Below are positions 25,482 to 37,044 of a stretch of 64,000 nt of DNA, piece by piece. This stretch comes from Ginglymostoma cirratum. Lineage: Eukaryota. The DNA is taken from positions 51,476,839-51,540,838 of the forward strand of contig JAHRHZ010000020.1 in assembly GCA_024137785.1 (NCBI GenBank), given 5' to 3'. The notes under the pieces are model-generated. The model saw only the letters and a program-made list of their open reading frames with translations. It was not told the origin of the DNA and ran no database searches. The position numbers and the translations under genes were made by a program. Each line of letters starts with the position of its first letter. Position 1 is the first letter of the stretch.

Positions 25482-25738
25482 AAGACCTAATACCCTGCTA
25501 GAGACAGTCTCACAGTTGTACCATCGTACTTTCTTGATAATAGCCAACAGAATCGCTCTCTCACTCACTCCCAGTTTGATGGAGAATGGCTTCAGGTGGA
25601 AATTTACAGAACCAAATCGTATCTTGCATTTTGGAAAGTCTGAGCGAAGCAGAAAGCCAGATAGCTAGGTTTGCTATTGACAAGACGTTTAATGACACTA
25701 TAAGCAACGTAAATAAGAACTCAAAATTTCAAAGAGAC
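25482..25738 (+). repeat. direct duplicate of 31684-31936 (ancient CR1 RT segment)
   Basis: Hand alignment gives 17 substitutions plus one 4-nt indel over ~255 bp (~93% identity). Confidence 0.95.
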
Positions 25739-26039
25739 TAAGTCAACTGTATGTTTACTCGCAAGCAAGGAAATAAAATTTTGTTTACCTTGTAATTGAG
25801 GTATATTCTTAATGATCTACTCTACGAGCACTTTTTTGTGACAGAACATAAAATCTCCCTTCTCCTCAGAATTCAGCAGTCCCTCTCAATTCCAGTCATA
25901 CTCTGGTGACTGGATGTTATGATGTGTGGTCATGAACAATTCCTGAATCACCTCTGAGGCTGTCACTATTGCCTTTAAAAACAGATCCATGCCTCTGTCA
26001 GAAACTTGCCATTGCTGTAGTTCTCACCAACATCCAACC

Positions 26040-26440
26040 TCCTGCTCACTGGCTTGAGGAACCCAGCTTAAATTAATCCCAACTCATTCAGAACTCTTGA
26101 GTACTCGATCTTGTTTACTACCAAACCTCCCCCCCTCCCAAGTTTGACTATCATTTCAATGCTTGCTGGCTTCCGGTGAGCCGATTGCAAAACGGGAACC
26201 GTAACCTTCAATCTCCCCTAAGGTCTTGCTCCTGCCTCACTTGGCTGCTGCCTTGCATGTGTTCTGCTATTAAACATCATTCACACCTCCAGCGCTGGTA
26301 TACTCTGAAGTGCACACTGCTTTCTTCTGTCTTCTTGTGCAAGAGTCTTCGCTATTTTGCTCATGCGTCTCAACCCCAAGCTCGTCCTTAAAACCTACAC
26401 CTTTGAATTGTGCCCCTGCTCACCTCCCCTGGACAAAGAA
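26040..26440 (+). mobile_element. decayed L2 LINE fragment
   Basis: C-rich; CCAAGTTTGACTATCATTTCAATGCTTGCTGGC (SRLDYCN-like) and CCTTAAAACCTACACCTTTG, as in 29750-30322. Confidence 0.45.
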
Positions 26441-26589
26441 AAATCATAAAGCAAAGTTGTTGGTTATACTCCGCAGACATCATTTATTTCAACTCTCCAA
26501 ACCTGAGGCTAAGGGAACTTGGCTTTCAGAAACGACTTTCCTATTTTGTCACCTTGGAGAGTACCTCCTTAGGCTGTAATTTCGTGGAA

Positions 26590-26975
26590 GCACTCTTGTC
26601 TCGGGAGTTAAAAGTTCACGTGTTGAAGTCCAACCAGAGAGATTTCAGCGTGTAATCGAAAGTACATTAACCGCAGTCTTGTGTGAGGGCAACTCTGTCA
26701 AAGGTGCCACCTTTTTGGATGAGATATTAAGCCAAGACCCTGAGAGCACACTTGGTTCACAAAGGGTACTGGACCTGCACTAAATAAGAACAGCAGTGTT
26801 CTGGTTTTTGTTTTATCCCTTAACAAACATCGTGAAAACAAAACAGATAATCTGATTGTTGCTCAAGAAGGTGCTTCCTACACCACAACAGTGAATACAC
26901 ATCACTAGTTGTAAAGCATTTTGGGGTAAGTTAAAACTGTGAACGCCTCCTTAAAATTGCTAACTTCCTCTTTTT
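26590..26975 (+). mobile_element. DeuSINE (SacSINE1-like)
   Basis: GCACTCTTGTCTCGGGAGTTAAAAG head, CTGTCAAAGGTGCCACCTTTTTGGATGAGATATTAAGCCAAGAC Deu domain, TGTAAAGCATTTTGGG tail. Confidence 0.65.
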
Positions 26976-27113
26976 CGCTGAAGTGCAGGGTTATATAATA
27001 GCTGCCACGTCTTCATGTGCCAGGAGAGAATAAGTTCTATTGCTATAGAAAAGTTAGTAGTGGAGAGAAATGATTCCAAAATTCTTGGGTAGATGATTTG
27101 TCTCAGGGAGGAC

Positions 27114-27160
27114 TGGGGTGTGGTTAGGGGCGGGGGGGGGGGGGGGTTGCGGGGGCGGGT
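27114..27160 (+). repeat. G-run cluster (G-quadruplex-capable)
   Basis: GGGGTGTGGTTAGGGGC(G)15TTGCGGGGGCGGG. Confidence 0.7.
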
Positions 27161-28284
27161 TAAAAGTTATCATTTCTGGGACAGTGCTGAAACTCGACTT
27201 GCACATTGCGGTGAAATCTCTTGATGTTTCTTAAATGGCCCCTTCCATAAGTATTCGCCATTTGTCAATTCAGCAGGGGCACCATCGCGAGAAGAGAGGG
27301 AGAGAATTTCAATGTTTGCCCGACTGAAATGAAACAGTTCCCCTTTGGCTTGAGAAAATTGTGTTCTCTGCGCAGATCATGCGGCTACATTATTCTGAGA
27401 CTGGCCACAATGTAAAACAAGCCAGAGAATTCTGCAGTACTCCCCAGCACACCAGGCATTGCAAGGCCCCTGGAACCAATACGTGTCCTGCAATCTAACT
27501 CTGTAAAGATATCAACATGAGAACTTCAATGGGATTTCAATGTCTGAGATGTGAGAGTATGTTACAGACCGACCCTCATAATGCTTGCACCTCCTCTGGG
27601 CTGAGGGTGGGTTGGCAGTGAGAACCCCAGATGGCTCCAGGTTGTGCTATCTCCCTGTATCCTTAGCCACTGCCCTGTAACACTGAACAGGCATTGTGTC
27701 AAACATAAATCTTTGCAACAGTCTGGGTCTAAACATCAAAATACGCATCTTAAGGTGAGCCGACTCAGAACAAGTTCATTTTTGATTGGAGAGTTACCAT
27801 ATGCAACTCAGATACACTGATCTAGACCAGCTTTAATCTCTGGTGTGCACTAACCTCTGGCCTTTGGTCTTGACAGGCAGGGAGTATCAGGTTTAAACCT
27901 GACACTTGCTCTGGTGCCCCAGGCAGGGCAGAAGAGAGATTACTGTAATCCAGTTCAAAGCCAGCGGCTTTGGAGTTTGATTTGGGGAAACGCATTGAGA
28001 ATTGGGAGCATCCACTTCAGTCTGACCAGGGATGCTTCACTTAAGAAGTGACCAGCTGTCAACCCAACAGATCTAAAGTGACAGCTGTGGCGTAAATGTG
28101 GCTGGATGTGTCATACTGAGGACTAAGTGATTCACCGAAAGAGAGCAGTTGTGTCGTGCAGACCAGACCAGGCCCTTTGCAAAGCGAACAGCAGCTCCGC
28201 AATCCTGACCACTGTCTGTTTTTGCTGGTGTGTATCATATAGCCGTTATATACGCAATGCTGTATAAGGGGTAGGCACATCCCT

Positions 28285-28920
28285 GTTTGTGTGTACATAT
28301 ACATTCTGGTGTGTGGAAGTGTGCTCATGCATGTAAATGCAGACACCAGAAAGCAGTGTGTGCAGATTATACATATGCATGCACGTTTGAAAAGACCACA
28401 CGCACACGTGTGTGCAGGCACTGGCACGTGGCATTATCTAAATCTCTGCATTCCAGTGTGCATGTGCATACCAGGATGTTGGTGTGCTCTAGCGTATGCA
28501 TGTGCAGACACTTGGGTGTGTTTATATCTGCTCTGGTATGTCTGTGTATGTGCACGGTGAGGCGGCAATGTCACCAGACTGGAAATCCAGACCAGCAAAC
28601 CAACTTTGAAGGCACAGGTTCAAATGGCAGACGGTGAAATTTGAGTCTTAGAAAAATTTAAAATGAAGAAATGACATTGCAGTGACCATGTAACCTCTTA
28701 ATTGTCACAAAAAGATCCACGTATGTGTGTGCACACATGTGTGTTGTATTCATTCATGCTCACTGATTCATCTGTGTGTGAGTGCATGTTCTAGTTGGTA
28801 CGTGTCTTTGGTGTGCGTTTCTGTGCATGTATCTCTCCGTGGCAGTCTGATAACAGCAGGATAAAGGGAATGTTTTGTTGTGTGTGTGCGTTGAGTGGGC
28901 AGTGAAGTATGTGTAGGCCA
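28285..28920. repeat. degenerate (TG)n/(TGCA)n alternating purine-pyrimidine tracts with a SINE-B remnant (~28560-28720) between them
   Basis: Recurrent TGTGTG, GCATGC and CACACG; explains the His/Cys/Val-rich chance ORFs. Confidence 0.6.
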
Positions 28921-29749
28921 ATGGCCTATTAACTCTCACTGCTACGCTCACCCACTAATACAGGGCACTGGAGCAAAGTACAGAAGGATGACCGATGGCT
29001 TTACACTTGGAACCAGCAGGGGTTCGAAAGCTTCGAGAGAGGATGGATAGAGATAACGAACACTCCTGCATATGGCCAATCTATATGCAGCAGCTCGAGC
29101 TAAAAGTCCAGATTACAGATATAAACTTCCTCTTAATCACTGAGGAACAGAACGCATTAACAGCCATTACAAAGACCCTTGCGAGAATGCTACTGCTGAT
29201 CACTTTTACGTGCTATTTGAGTAAAATACCACTGTAGTCTGCACTGCTCAATTGGATTGACTTTTATTTTTTGACAAAGAAAATACTCCACTCTATTTCA
29301 TGGAACAGAAAGCAATTGTCTTTTGCGTTAGAACAATTTGCCTCAGTGATGGAATAAGCAGTCAGAACTGCTTGCGATATTAATGGCTAAGGAGAGTAGC
29401 TGGCTGTGGTACTGAACTGTCTACAGTGTCGCTGCTTCACTCCCTGGCCTGTGCTGAATTAGTTAGAATTGGTCAAGTTCTTCTTGCTTAGAAATGTGAA
29501 GGAAGTGTAAAATGTGACAACATTTTCGCTGCTACTTACCACCTGATCACCCCTCGGAGGACAGCATTCCTAAATATTGGACAGTACTGGACTCAGCTTT
29601 AACACCTTCCTGTGTGAATATCTGGGCCATGTTTGAAGAGTTAAATGAGAAAGGGCAGGGGAACTAGCCCCTGGCAAGAATCAGCATGTTGAAAGAGAAG
29701 GAGAGAAAATTGTTGGAGGAAGAAAAATGGAAACAAGCTCCCAAAACCA

Positions 29750-30322
29750 TTTCAGTTGTTTAAAACACATCTACAATATAATCGGCATCTGTGCCTCTCG
29801 ATTTGGCTATTCTAACACTGACTCCTCCACTCTACTTCAGTCTAGTCAAAATCATCCAAGACTCTGCTGCCCATATATTAGTTTGGACCAATCCCCATTC
29901 CCCCATCAATCCTGTGCTCACTGGGCCAGCGACTCATGGTCAAGCATTTTCTTGATCTTACAATTCTCAACCACATTTTCAAATTCCTCCATCGCCTCGT
30001 CCCGCCTCGGTCTCCGAGATTACTGTGATCCACAAGATATCTGCACTCTTCCAGTTCTGGCCTCTTGTACACCCCTGATTTGGATCCCTCTACTATCTTC
30101 AGTCACCAAGGCTCTAAGCTCTGAAATTCTTTTCCCATACTTCTCTGGCCCACATTCCTCCTTTCAGCGGTCCTTAAAACCTCTGTATTTGATCAAGCTA
30201 CCGGTTGCCTGACCTAACATATTCTTGCGTGGTTCGTTGCCATACTTTGTTTTATCATGCTCTTGTGAAGTGCCTTGGGGCATTTTATTATGTTAAAGGT
30301 GCTATATAAACACACATAGCTG
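29750..30322 (+). mobile_element. L2 LINE 3' end
   Basis: ORF motif SRFGYSN, CATCCAAGACTCTGCTGCCC, CCTTAAAACCTCTGTATTTGATCAAGCT, tail TGTGAAGTGCCTTGGGGCATTTTATTATGTTAAAGGTGCTATATAAA. Confidence 0.8.
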
Positions 30323-30909
30323 TTTGCTGACACAAATGCTATTAACATCTGTAACACAGTTGAAATGGCTTGTGACAGAGTGGCCAACAAAGAGGACTGG
30401 ACGTATATATTTGCCATCAGCAATGAATAATCATATCTTCAAACACATCAAAAACACACAGTTTCAGTTAAATGCCAAGATATTCAGCGATAAAAAAAAT
30501 CTCATGACACTTTCTGTTTTCACTCTAATACATTCAGCAAATGTGCAGCGTGTGTTCCTCTTTACAAACCCTACGGTGGGAAGGAGGAATGTCGCAGTCA
30601 TGACAAAAGGTATTTCAGCATCTGTCAGAACTGGGACTGGTCGTTAGGCACTTGAAATAACTTGGTAATTTACAACATTGGCTACGGTTTCCAGTAGCAG
30701 TCCTACAAGTAAAATTGGTGTCCTTACTTGGAGTGAATTGCACACTGGCTTTTCCATTTTGTGTGCAAGTGTGTATGCGTGTTGATGTGGGAATGTGAGA
30801 GTATGTGAACGTGAAAGTGTGTGAAAGTGAGACTGCATGTGTTGACGAGACCTTGACAATGCATTAATCTCTTTCTACATCGTAACAGGCAACTCTAGAT
30901 TTCAGTGCA

Positions 30910-31010
30910 AGCAAAATACTGCAGATGCTGGAGATCTGAAACACAAACAGTAAGTGCTGGAGAAACTCAGGTCTGGCAGCATCCATGGATGGAGAAACAG
31001 AATTAACTCT
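30910..31010 (-). mobile_element. Penelope-like pLTR remnant, family P2
   Basis: GCAAAATACTGCAGATGCTGGAGATCTGAAAC...GGTCTGGCAGCATC...GAGAAACAGAATTAAC; same orientation and family as 5737-5863. Confidence 0.7.
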
Positions 31011-31683
31011 GCATTTCAACAAGTTTGTGAGGTGCATCACTGCGCTGTTTTTACCGGGCCTCATACTTAATTGTTTAAAAATTGCCTGTTCTGACAAACT
31101 CAACGTTTCAGCCAATTGTATTCAATAGTGTCGCAAGGCACAGGGATATAGAACATCAGTCACATTCATAAGCTATCTATTTTCTCCACTCACACGCTGG
31201 CTGAAAAACAATAAAGGAATCCTCCACTGTTGCTGCTGCAAGACATACATTTATGTAGGCCAATGAAGAACAAAGGAACATGATTTCCCTGCTCAGCTTT
31301 TGTCTGCATTCACCTCATCTATTCAAGCTTATAACTTTTAAGATCTGCCTGCAGCAGACACAGAGGGTGTTCAAACACAAGGTGACTTTGCTCACTAAAT
31401 GGAGAGGCAGTTTTAGTTAACAGCTTGGCTTCAGGATTGAGCTGATAGTTTCTTGAGGTATGCACAGTTGAGGAAGTGAGTCAGAATTATGCCAAAAGAC
31501 ACAACCTCATCCACGAGTGGTTAATGCAAGGCCATGTCCAGCTGGACAAATAGAAAAATGATCAGTCCAGTATAATGACACTGACCGAGCCAATGCTCAC
31601 TGTCCCCCACAGTGCCACCCAGAGCTGCAGTAGGACGTGTTTGTTTACTTCCTGCTTCTGGTGGCATGAAGTGGTGATGAGGC

Positions 31684-32030
31684 AAGACCTAATGCCCTGT
31701 TCGTGACAGTCTCACAGTTGTACCATCGTGCTTTCTTGATAATAGCCAGCAGGATCTCACTCTCACTCCCAGTTTGATGGAGAATGGCTTCAGGTGGAAA
31801 TTTACAAAACCAAGTTGTATCTTGCATTTTGGAAAGTCTTAGCGAAGCAGAGAGCCAGATAGCTAGGTTTGCTATTGACAAGAAGTTTAGTGACACTATG
31901 AGCAACGTAAATAAGAACTCAAAATTTCAAAGAGACACGACGACATTAAGTGAGTAGAAAAATTGTGAAAGATAGTTGGCAACTGAGTTAGTGGCGGGAC
32001 CCTCCATTTTGCAATGACAAAAGGTAGATC
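31684..32030 (+). mobile_element. ancient CR1 RT fragment (probable donor of the 25482-25738 duplicate)
   Basis: 31862-31957 translates ARFAIDKKFSDTMSNVNKNSKFQRDTTTLSE*, matching the CR1 pattern SKFADDTKLGG...LQRDIDRLSEW. Confidence 0.6.
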
Positions 32031-32059
32031 CAATCATCTTTAAGCAGCATTATTGGAAA

Positions 32060-33905
32060 TAGTTTTGGGATTGAGGTGGGCTACATGAATCAGTTGTCAG
32101 TAGGGGAACATTTAGGGCACAGTGATCATATTATCAGAAGGTTCAGGTTGGCTATGAAATCGGACAAGGAACAGTCCACATTGAGGACAATCAACTGGAG
32201 GAAAGCCAACGGAGATAGCAATGGATCTGGCTGGGTAAACCGGAGTCCAAGGCGAGCACACAGAACATCAACTGAAGAGTGGGCTGTCTTTAGGGAAGGG
32301 AGGATTCAAGTACGAAGAATACACATTCCCATGCAGGGGAAATGGATGGCAAATAAACCCAGAACTCCCTGGATGATGAAACAGAATGAAATGAAGATGA
32401 AGACGAAAAAGTGGGTTTATGACAGATGGCAGGTTGAAAATTCCGTTGAGAATCAGCTGGATAAAGAAGATTCAGAGAAGAATTAAAATAAAACAAATAC
32501 GAAAGCAAACGGAAAGCACAAAGAGAAATGGGCAGCTAACGTAAAAGAGATTCGAAATGTCTTCAACAGGCAAATAAACAATACAAGGGTGGGAGCCCGA
32601 GAAACAGTTCAACTGGGGCTGATTAGGGGCCAAAAACCGTGATTTACGCATGGGGAAGGACACAAAGCTAAGGTAGTAAAATAATTCTTTGCTTCTGTCT
32701 TTACTATAAGGACAGGCCATCTGTACTGAAAGATGATAAGGCATTAAGGGCTGCATGAGATCTATTCAAGGACACAGGAGGAAGCAATGAGGGAACACTG
32801 AAGAGGTACTGGCCATAATTTTCATTCTTCTTTAGACTGTGGTGCTGACAGGTGATGAACAAGAGCGAAACATTTGCGATGCTCCAAAAATGGTGTAAAG
32901 ATAAGCCCAGAAACTGCATTACAGTCAGTGTCACCAGGGAAGCTTCGATACAATAATTTTAATACTCACTTGGGTAAATGCAGATTAACGAAGGAATGCA
33001 TCTGGATTTGTTACGGGAAAACCAAGTTTAACTAATTTGCTGCAGGTTTTTGATGTCGTAGCAACGAGAGGTTGAAAAAGTTGAAGCTGTTAATGTGGTG
33101 TGCAGGGAATTCCAAAAGGCATTTGACACAATGCTGCACAAAAGATGTGAGACCAAAGTTATAGTTTATGGAATCAAAAGACCATTAACAACATGAATAT
33201 GGATTTAACTGAGTGACAAATTGCTCTGAGTTGTCATGAGGAGTTTGTTTTGAAGGCATGTTTAAGGATCGGTGTGAAGAACCCTGCACTACCTTTCAAA
33301 ACTAACAACTTGGTGTACAGGGCAAAATTTACAGTTCATACAAAAATTGGAATGCAGTGCGAACTGAGGAAGATAGTACAGAATTTCGACAGAACGCAGA
33401 CAACGCACGTGGAATACAGCATACAATTTTCGTTCCCTTAAGGAGGGATATAGTTACACTGGAGGCAGTTCAGAGAAGGTCCATTAGATTGATTCCAGAG
33501 AAGAGGGGTTGGTCTTGTAAAGAGAGATTGAGCAGTTCAGGTCTATCCTCTCCAGAGTTTAGAAGAATGAGGGGTGATCTAATTGAGGTGTTTAAGATGT
33601 TAAAGGTGACTGCCAAAGTAGTTGGAGAAAGGATGCTTCCTCATGTGGGGCCATCTGGAATGAGAATTTACAGTTTCAGGATCAGGGGTAGCAGATTTAA
33701 AACAGAGATGAGGAGAAATTACTTTTATCAGAGGTGGTGAATCTAGAATTCACTGCCCCCCTGGGAGATTGTGTAAACCCGAGGAGATAGAAAGACTTGT
33801 AGTGAGTAATGGGTTAAGGGGTTGTGGATTGCAGGAAAGTGAAACTGGGCCTGAGGAGAGATCAACCTTGAGGGGCTGAATAGCCTACTCTTGGTCCCAG
33901 TTCTT
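32060..33905 (+). mobile_element. long decayed CR1 LINE (endonuclease end to RT to 3' UTR, internally deleted)
   Basis: ORF 32076 GEHLGHSDH...INWRKAN; CCCAGAAACTGC (PRN.), TTCCAAAAGGCATTTGAC (FQKAFD); ORF 33357 LEAVQRR...RRMRGDLIEVFKML...RGSRFKTEMRRNYF. Confidence 0.88.
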
Positions 33906-33929
33906 CTCCAAGCTGGTGGAACAAACAAG

Positions 33930-35135
33930 TAGCAAGTAAAATTCAATCGACGGCAGCACGAAGATTAATTTTGGTGGGTGAACATGGAGAGTCAATAAAA
34001 AACAAAGAGTACATTTCCGAAGACGATACAGGAACAGAGAGACCTGGGTGGATATGTGCATAAACTGAAATTTATAAGTCAAGTTGAGGAAACACTAATC
34101 AAGCATTAAGTATCCTTTACAAGTAGAGAGCATAGAATACAAACTCATGTGATGTTACATCTGTCAGAACAGTGGTTCAGTTTAAACTGGAGGACTGCAA
34201 CTAATTCTGGACACCACACTTTAGGAAAGACATGAGAGCATTCAGAAAGGATTTACGAGAATGGTCTAGACTTGAGAAACTTGAGATACGTACTTCGAAC
34301 AGAGAAGTTGGGATTGTTTTTCTTTGATAAGTAAAGGCTGAAAGGAGATTTGATAGAGGAGCTCAAAACCACAAGTGGTCTGGACAGAATGGAGAAGAGA
34401 AACACCGTTCCTTTTGGAGGAGAGGCAAAGGACCAGATCGCACAGAATTACGAGAATTCACAGAACTATTATGGCACAGGAGGAAGCCATTCAGCCCATA
34501 TTTGCACCCATTCTCCAATTGAGTATCATGACTCAGTGCTAATCTCCTGCCTTTTCCCTTTATGCTTCATATGAATTATCCTTTGTCTCCGTCAATGCCT
34601 CAATTGAGTCTGCCACCACCACACTTCCTGCATTGCATTTCAGACCCGAACCACCCATTCTAAGAAAAAAATCATGTTCGCATCTTGTATTTGCTTATTT
34701 GCAAATCCCTATCATGGTCCTTCTATGAGCAGGAACAGTCCTCCCTATCCAATCTACCCAGCACCTGGCCCCCGAGTGATTTTGTAAACCTCAATCAGAT
34801 CTCCTCTCAAACCTCTTCTCTCCAAGGAGAACAGTTCTGGCCTCTCCAATCTCCAGCCTCAGAGCTGAAGTAATAATTGGAAGAGGCAGCAATGGCGGCA
34901 TGAGGAAATGCTTCTTCACACAGCAAGTGGTTAGACTCACAAATGCTCAGCCTGAGATTGTCGTGGAGGCAGGTTCAAATGAGACTTTCAGGAAGGAGTT
35001 GGATTCTCTCAAAAACAGAAGGTGGAATGCGTAGGGCTGCTGGGAAAAGACTGGAGAGTAGCAATAAATAAATTACTCCTTCCGAGTAATGGGCTGAATG
35101 GCCTCCTTCTGGGCTGGAGCTGTTCTATGATTCTG
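33930..35135 (+). mobile_element. second decayed CR1 3' portion with a minus-strand CR1 3' end nested at ~34460-34870
   Basis: GAACAGAGAGACCTGGGTG, GGCTGAAAGGAGATTTGATAGAGG; resumes ATGAGGAAATGCTTCTTCACACAGC and ends GGGCTGAATGGCCTCCTTCTG...TTCTATGATTCT. Confidence 0.75.
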
Positions 35136-35544
35136 TGGTGACCAGCTACCACTGTTAGAGAGCTAAGGGATTTTGGGATCCTCATTTACATAGGATATAC
35201 AGCACAGAAACAGGCCACTTAATCAAAGCAGTCTAGGTCAGAGCTCACGATCCACTCGAGTCTTCTCATAGATTTCTCATTCAAAATCTTCACCCTGGTA
35301 TTCCAGAAATGTGGAACTCTTTCCCACATAAAGCAGTGAATGTTAACCCAGCTGATAATCTGAGTTTGACATAGTTCTGTAGACAGCAGTTTACAGGGAT
35401 CTGGAACCAAGGCTGATGGATGGAGTTAAAATATGGATCTTGTTGAATCACAAAAGAGGATCACTGGGCTGTGAATGGCCTATTCCTGTCCCTTTGTTCC
35501 TATCACAGTCCCGTTCCTCTTCCTATACCGTCTTTCACAGCCAC

Positions 35545-35925
35545 AGGATGTGCCAAAGTGCTTTACAGTGACGTGCTCTTGAAGTGCAGTCACTGCTGCA
35601 ATGTAGGAAATAAGGCAGACAACCTGTGCACAGCAAGACCCCACAAACAACCATGCGATAACGAGCAGAAAACGTGTTCTGGTTGAGCGCTAAATTCAGT
35701 CCAGTGCAGGAGGAAGACTTCCTTGTTGTCCTTTGAATAGGGCTGCGGGATCTGTTCCATGTTTGTTTGCATAGCTTCACTCTGACTTGCTTGAAAAGTT
35801 GGCACCTCTCACAATGCACCACTACCTCAATGCAGCACAGGGCCTGTAACCCTTCATCTAGGGCGTGGGGATCAAACCAGCAACTGACTGTCTCAAGGTG
35901 ACATTGCTAGCACTGGGCCACTGCA
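35545..35925 (-). mobile_element. DeuSINE (SacSINE1-like)
   Basis: + strand CCAAAGTGCTTTACAG...TTGAAGTGCAGTCACTG...TGTGCACAGCAAGACCCCACAAAC is the reverse complement of the DeuSINE tail and body. Confidence 0.65.
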
Positions 35926-36642
35926 AACAACAAACAGGGAACAAGACCTCTCAGGGAATCTCTGTACTTCAAAGCAATTGTCTAAAATGAAAGGTGGGTG
36001 GGGTCTGAGATTAATCTAACCAGATGCTCCCGTTCTCAACTGACTCCAGCTCTTTTGAACTGAGCTTCAATTTAATTACAACCAGTTTACCAGCCCCATT
36101 AAATACCTGCAGGCAGTGGGGAGGGTGACAGGCAGTATTGTGGGGGTAGGGATGTGTGTGTGCACTGATAAAAACAAGTCACTCTATCAAGCAATGTTGC
36201 AAAGTAGGTACAATTTCTCACCTGGGGTTTCCCAGAATGGCTGGGCGAGTTTCAAAAATGTCATGGGAAAGCAAAGCACATCAAAGCGCGATTGTAGACA
36301 ATGTGCAAATCCCAACACGAGTTGATGCATGTCACAAGAGGAAGCAATTTGAGCAAAGAAATTTCATTTTTATCCATTAAACTGGAGATAATAGGTTTAA
36401 TATCAAAATCAATGGGGGAGGAATAGGAAAAGAATATTAAACTGGGTAGGCAAAAATAACTACAGCATTGTCAATTTATTTAATCCAATTAGAGGGGCCT
36501 GCAATTACTCACAAATATCCCAGCTGCAACGAGAAAGAGTGCTGACTGTGCCTTCACACCAGCGCTTTAGAGTGCAGACGTAGGAAGACACAGAATCTAT
36601 TCGAACTGTGTTTGAGGAGAAGGAAACTTGTCAGGACTGTCG

Positions 36643-36830
36643 AGTAAAAAAGCCACAGTCCCGCAGGACTAAAAGGTGGCTCTCTCATGACAGACAGAGA
36701 TGACCGGTGGTGGTTTAATCTGACTGTCACCACGTCTCGGGCAAGGGGTGAGGCTGAGATGATGGCAGGCCTCAGCTTGGGAGGGAATTGAACATGTGGC
36801 TGTTGGGGTCACCATGCATCACAACCACTG
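36643..36830 (-). mobile_element. tRNA-derived SINE family C
   Basis: Reverse complement aligns with 38508-38727 (GGTTCAA(T/A)TCCC...CCCCT...TGAGAC...GTGAC...ACCACCRGTC...TCTCT). Confidence 0.6.
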
Positions 36831-37044
36831 TTGAGGGACACCATATTCTTGGCTGCGATTCAGATCTTTCACAGGCAAGTATCTCCATTTAAATGACTGT
36901 CACAGGTTCCAAACTCAAAGTTGGATGTGTAATCTATGATGACACTTGACTGCACTGCTGAGGGGGTGCTGTACTGTCAAAGGAACCAGCTTTCAGAAGA
37001 CTAATTCAACCTCAGCCCAATTTACTCATTGAGTTGGGTGTAAA

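Noticed and set aside
28059-28951. Cys/His-rich ORFs resembling zinc-binding proteins
   Set aside because: Translation of degenerate (TG)n/(CA)n repeats
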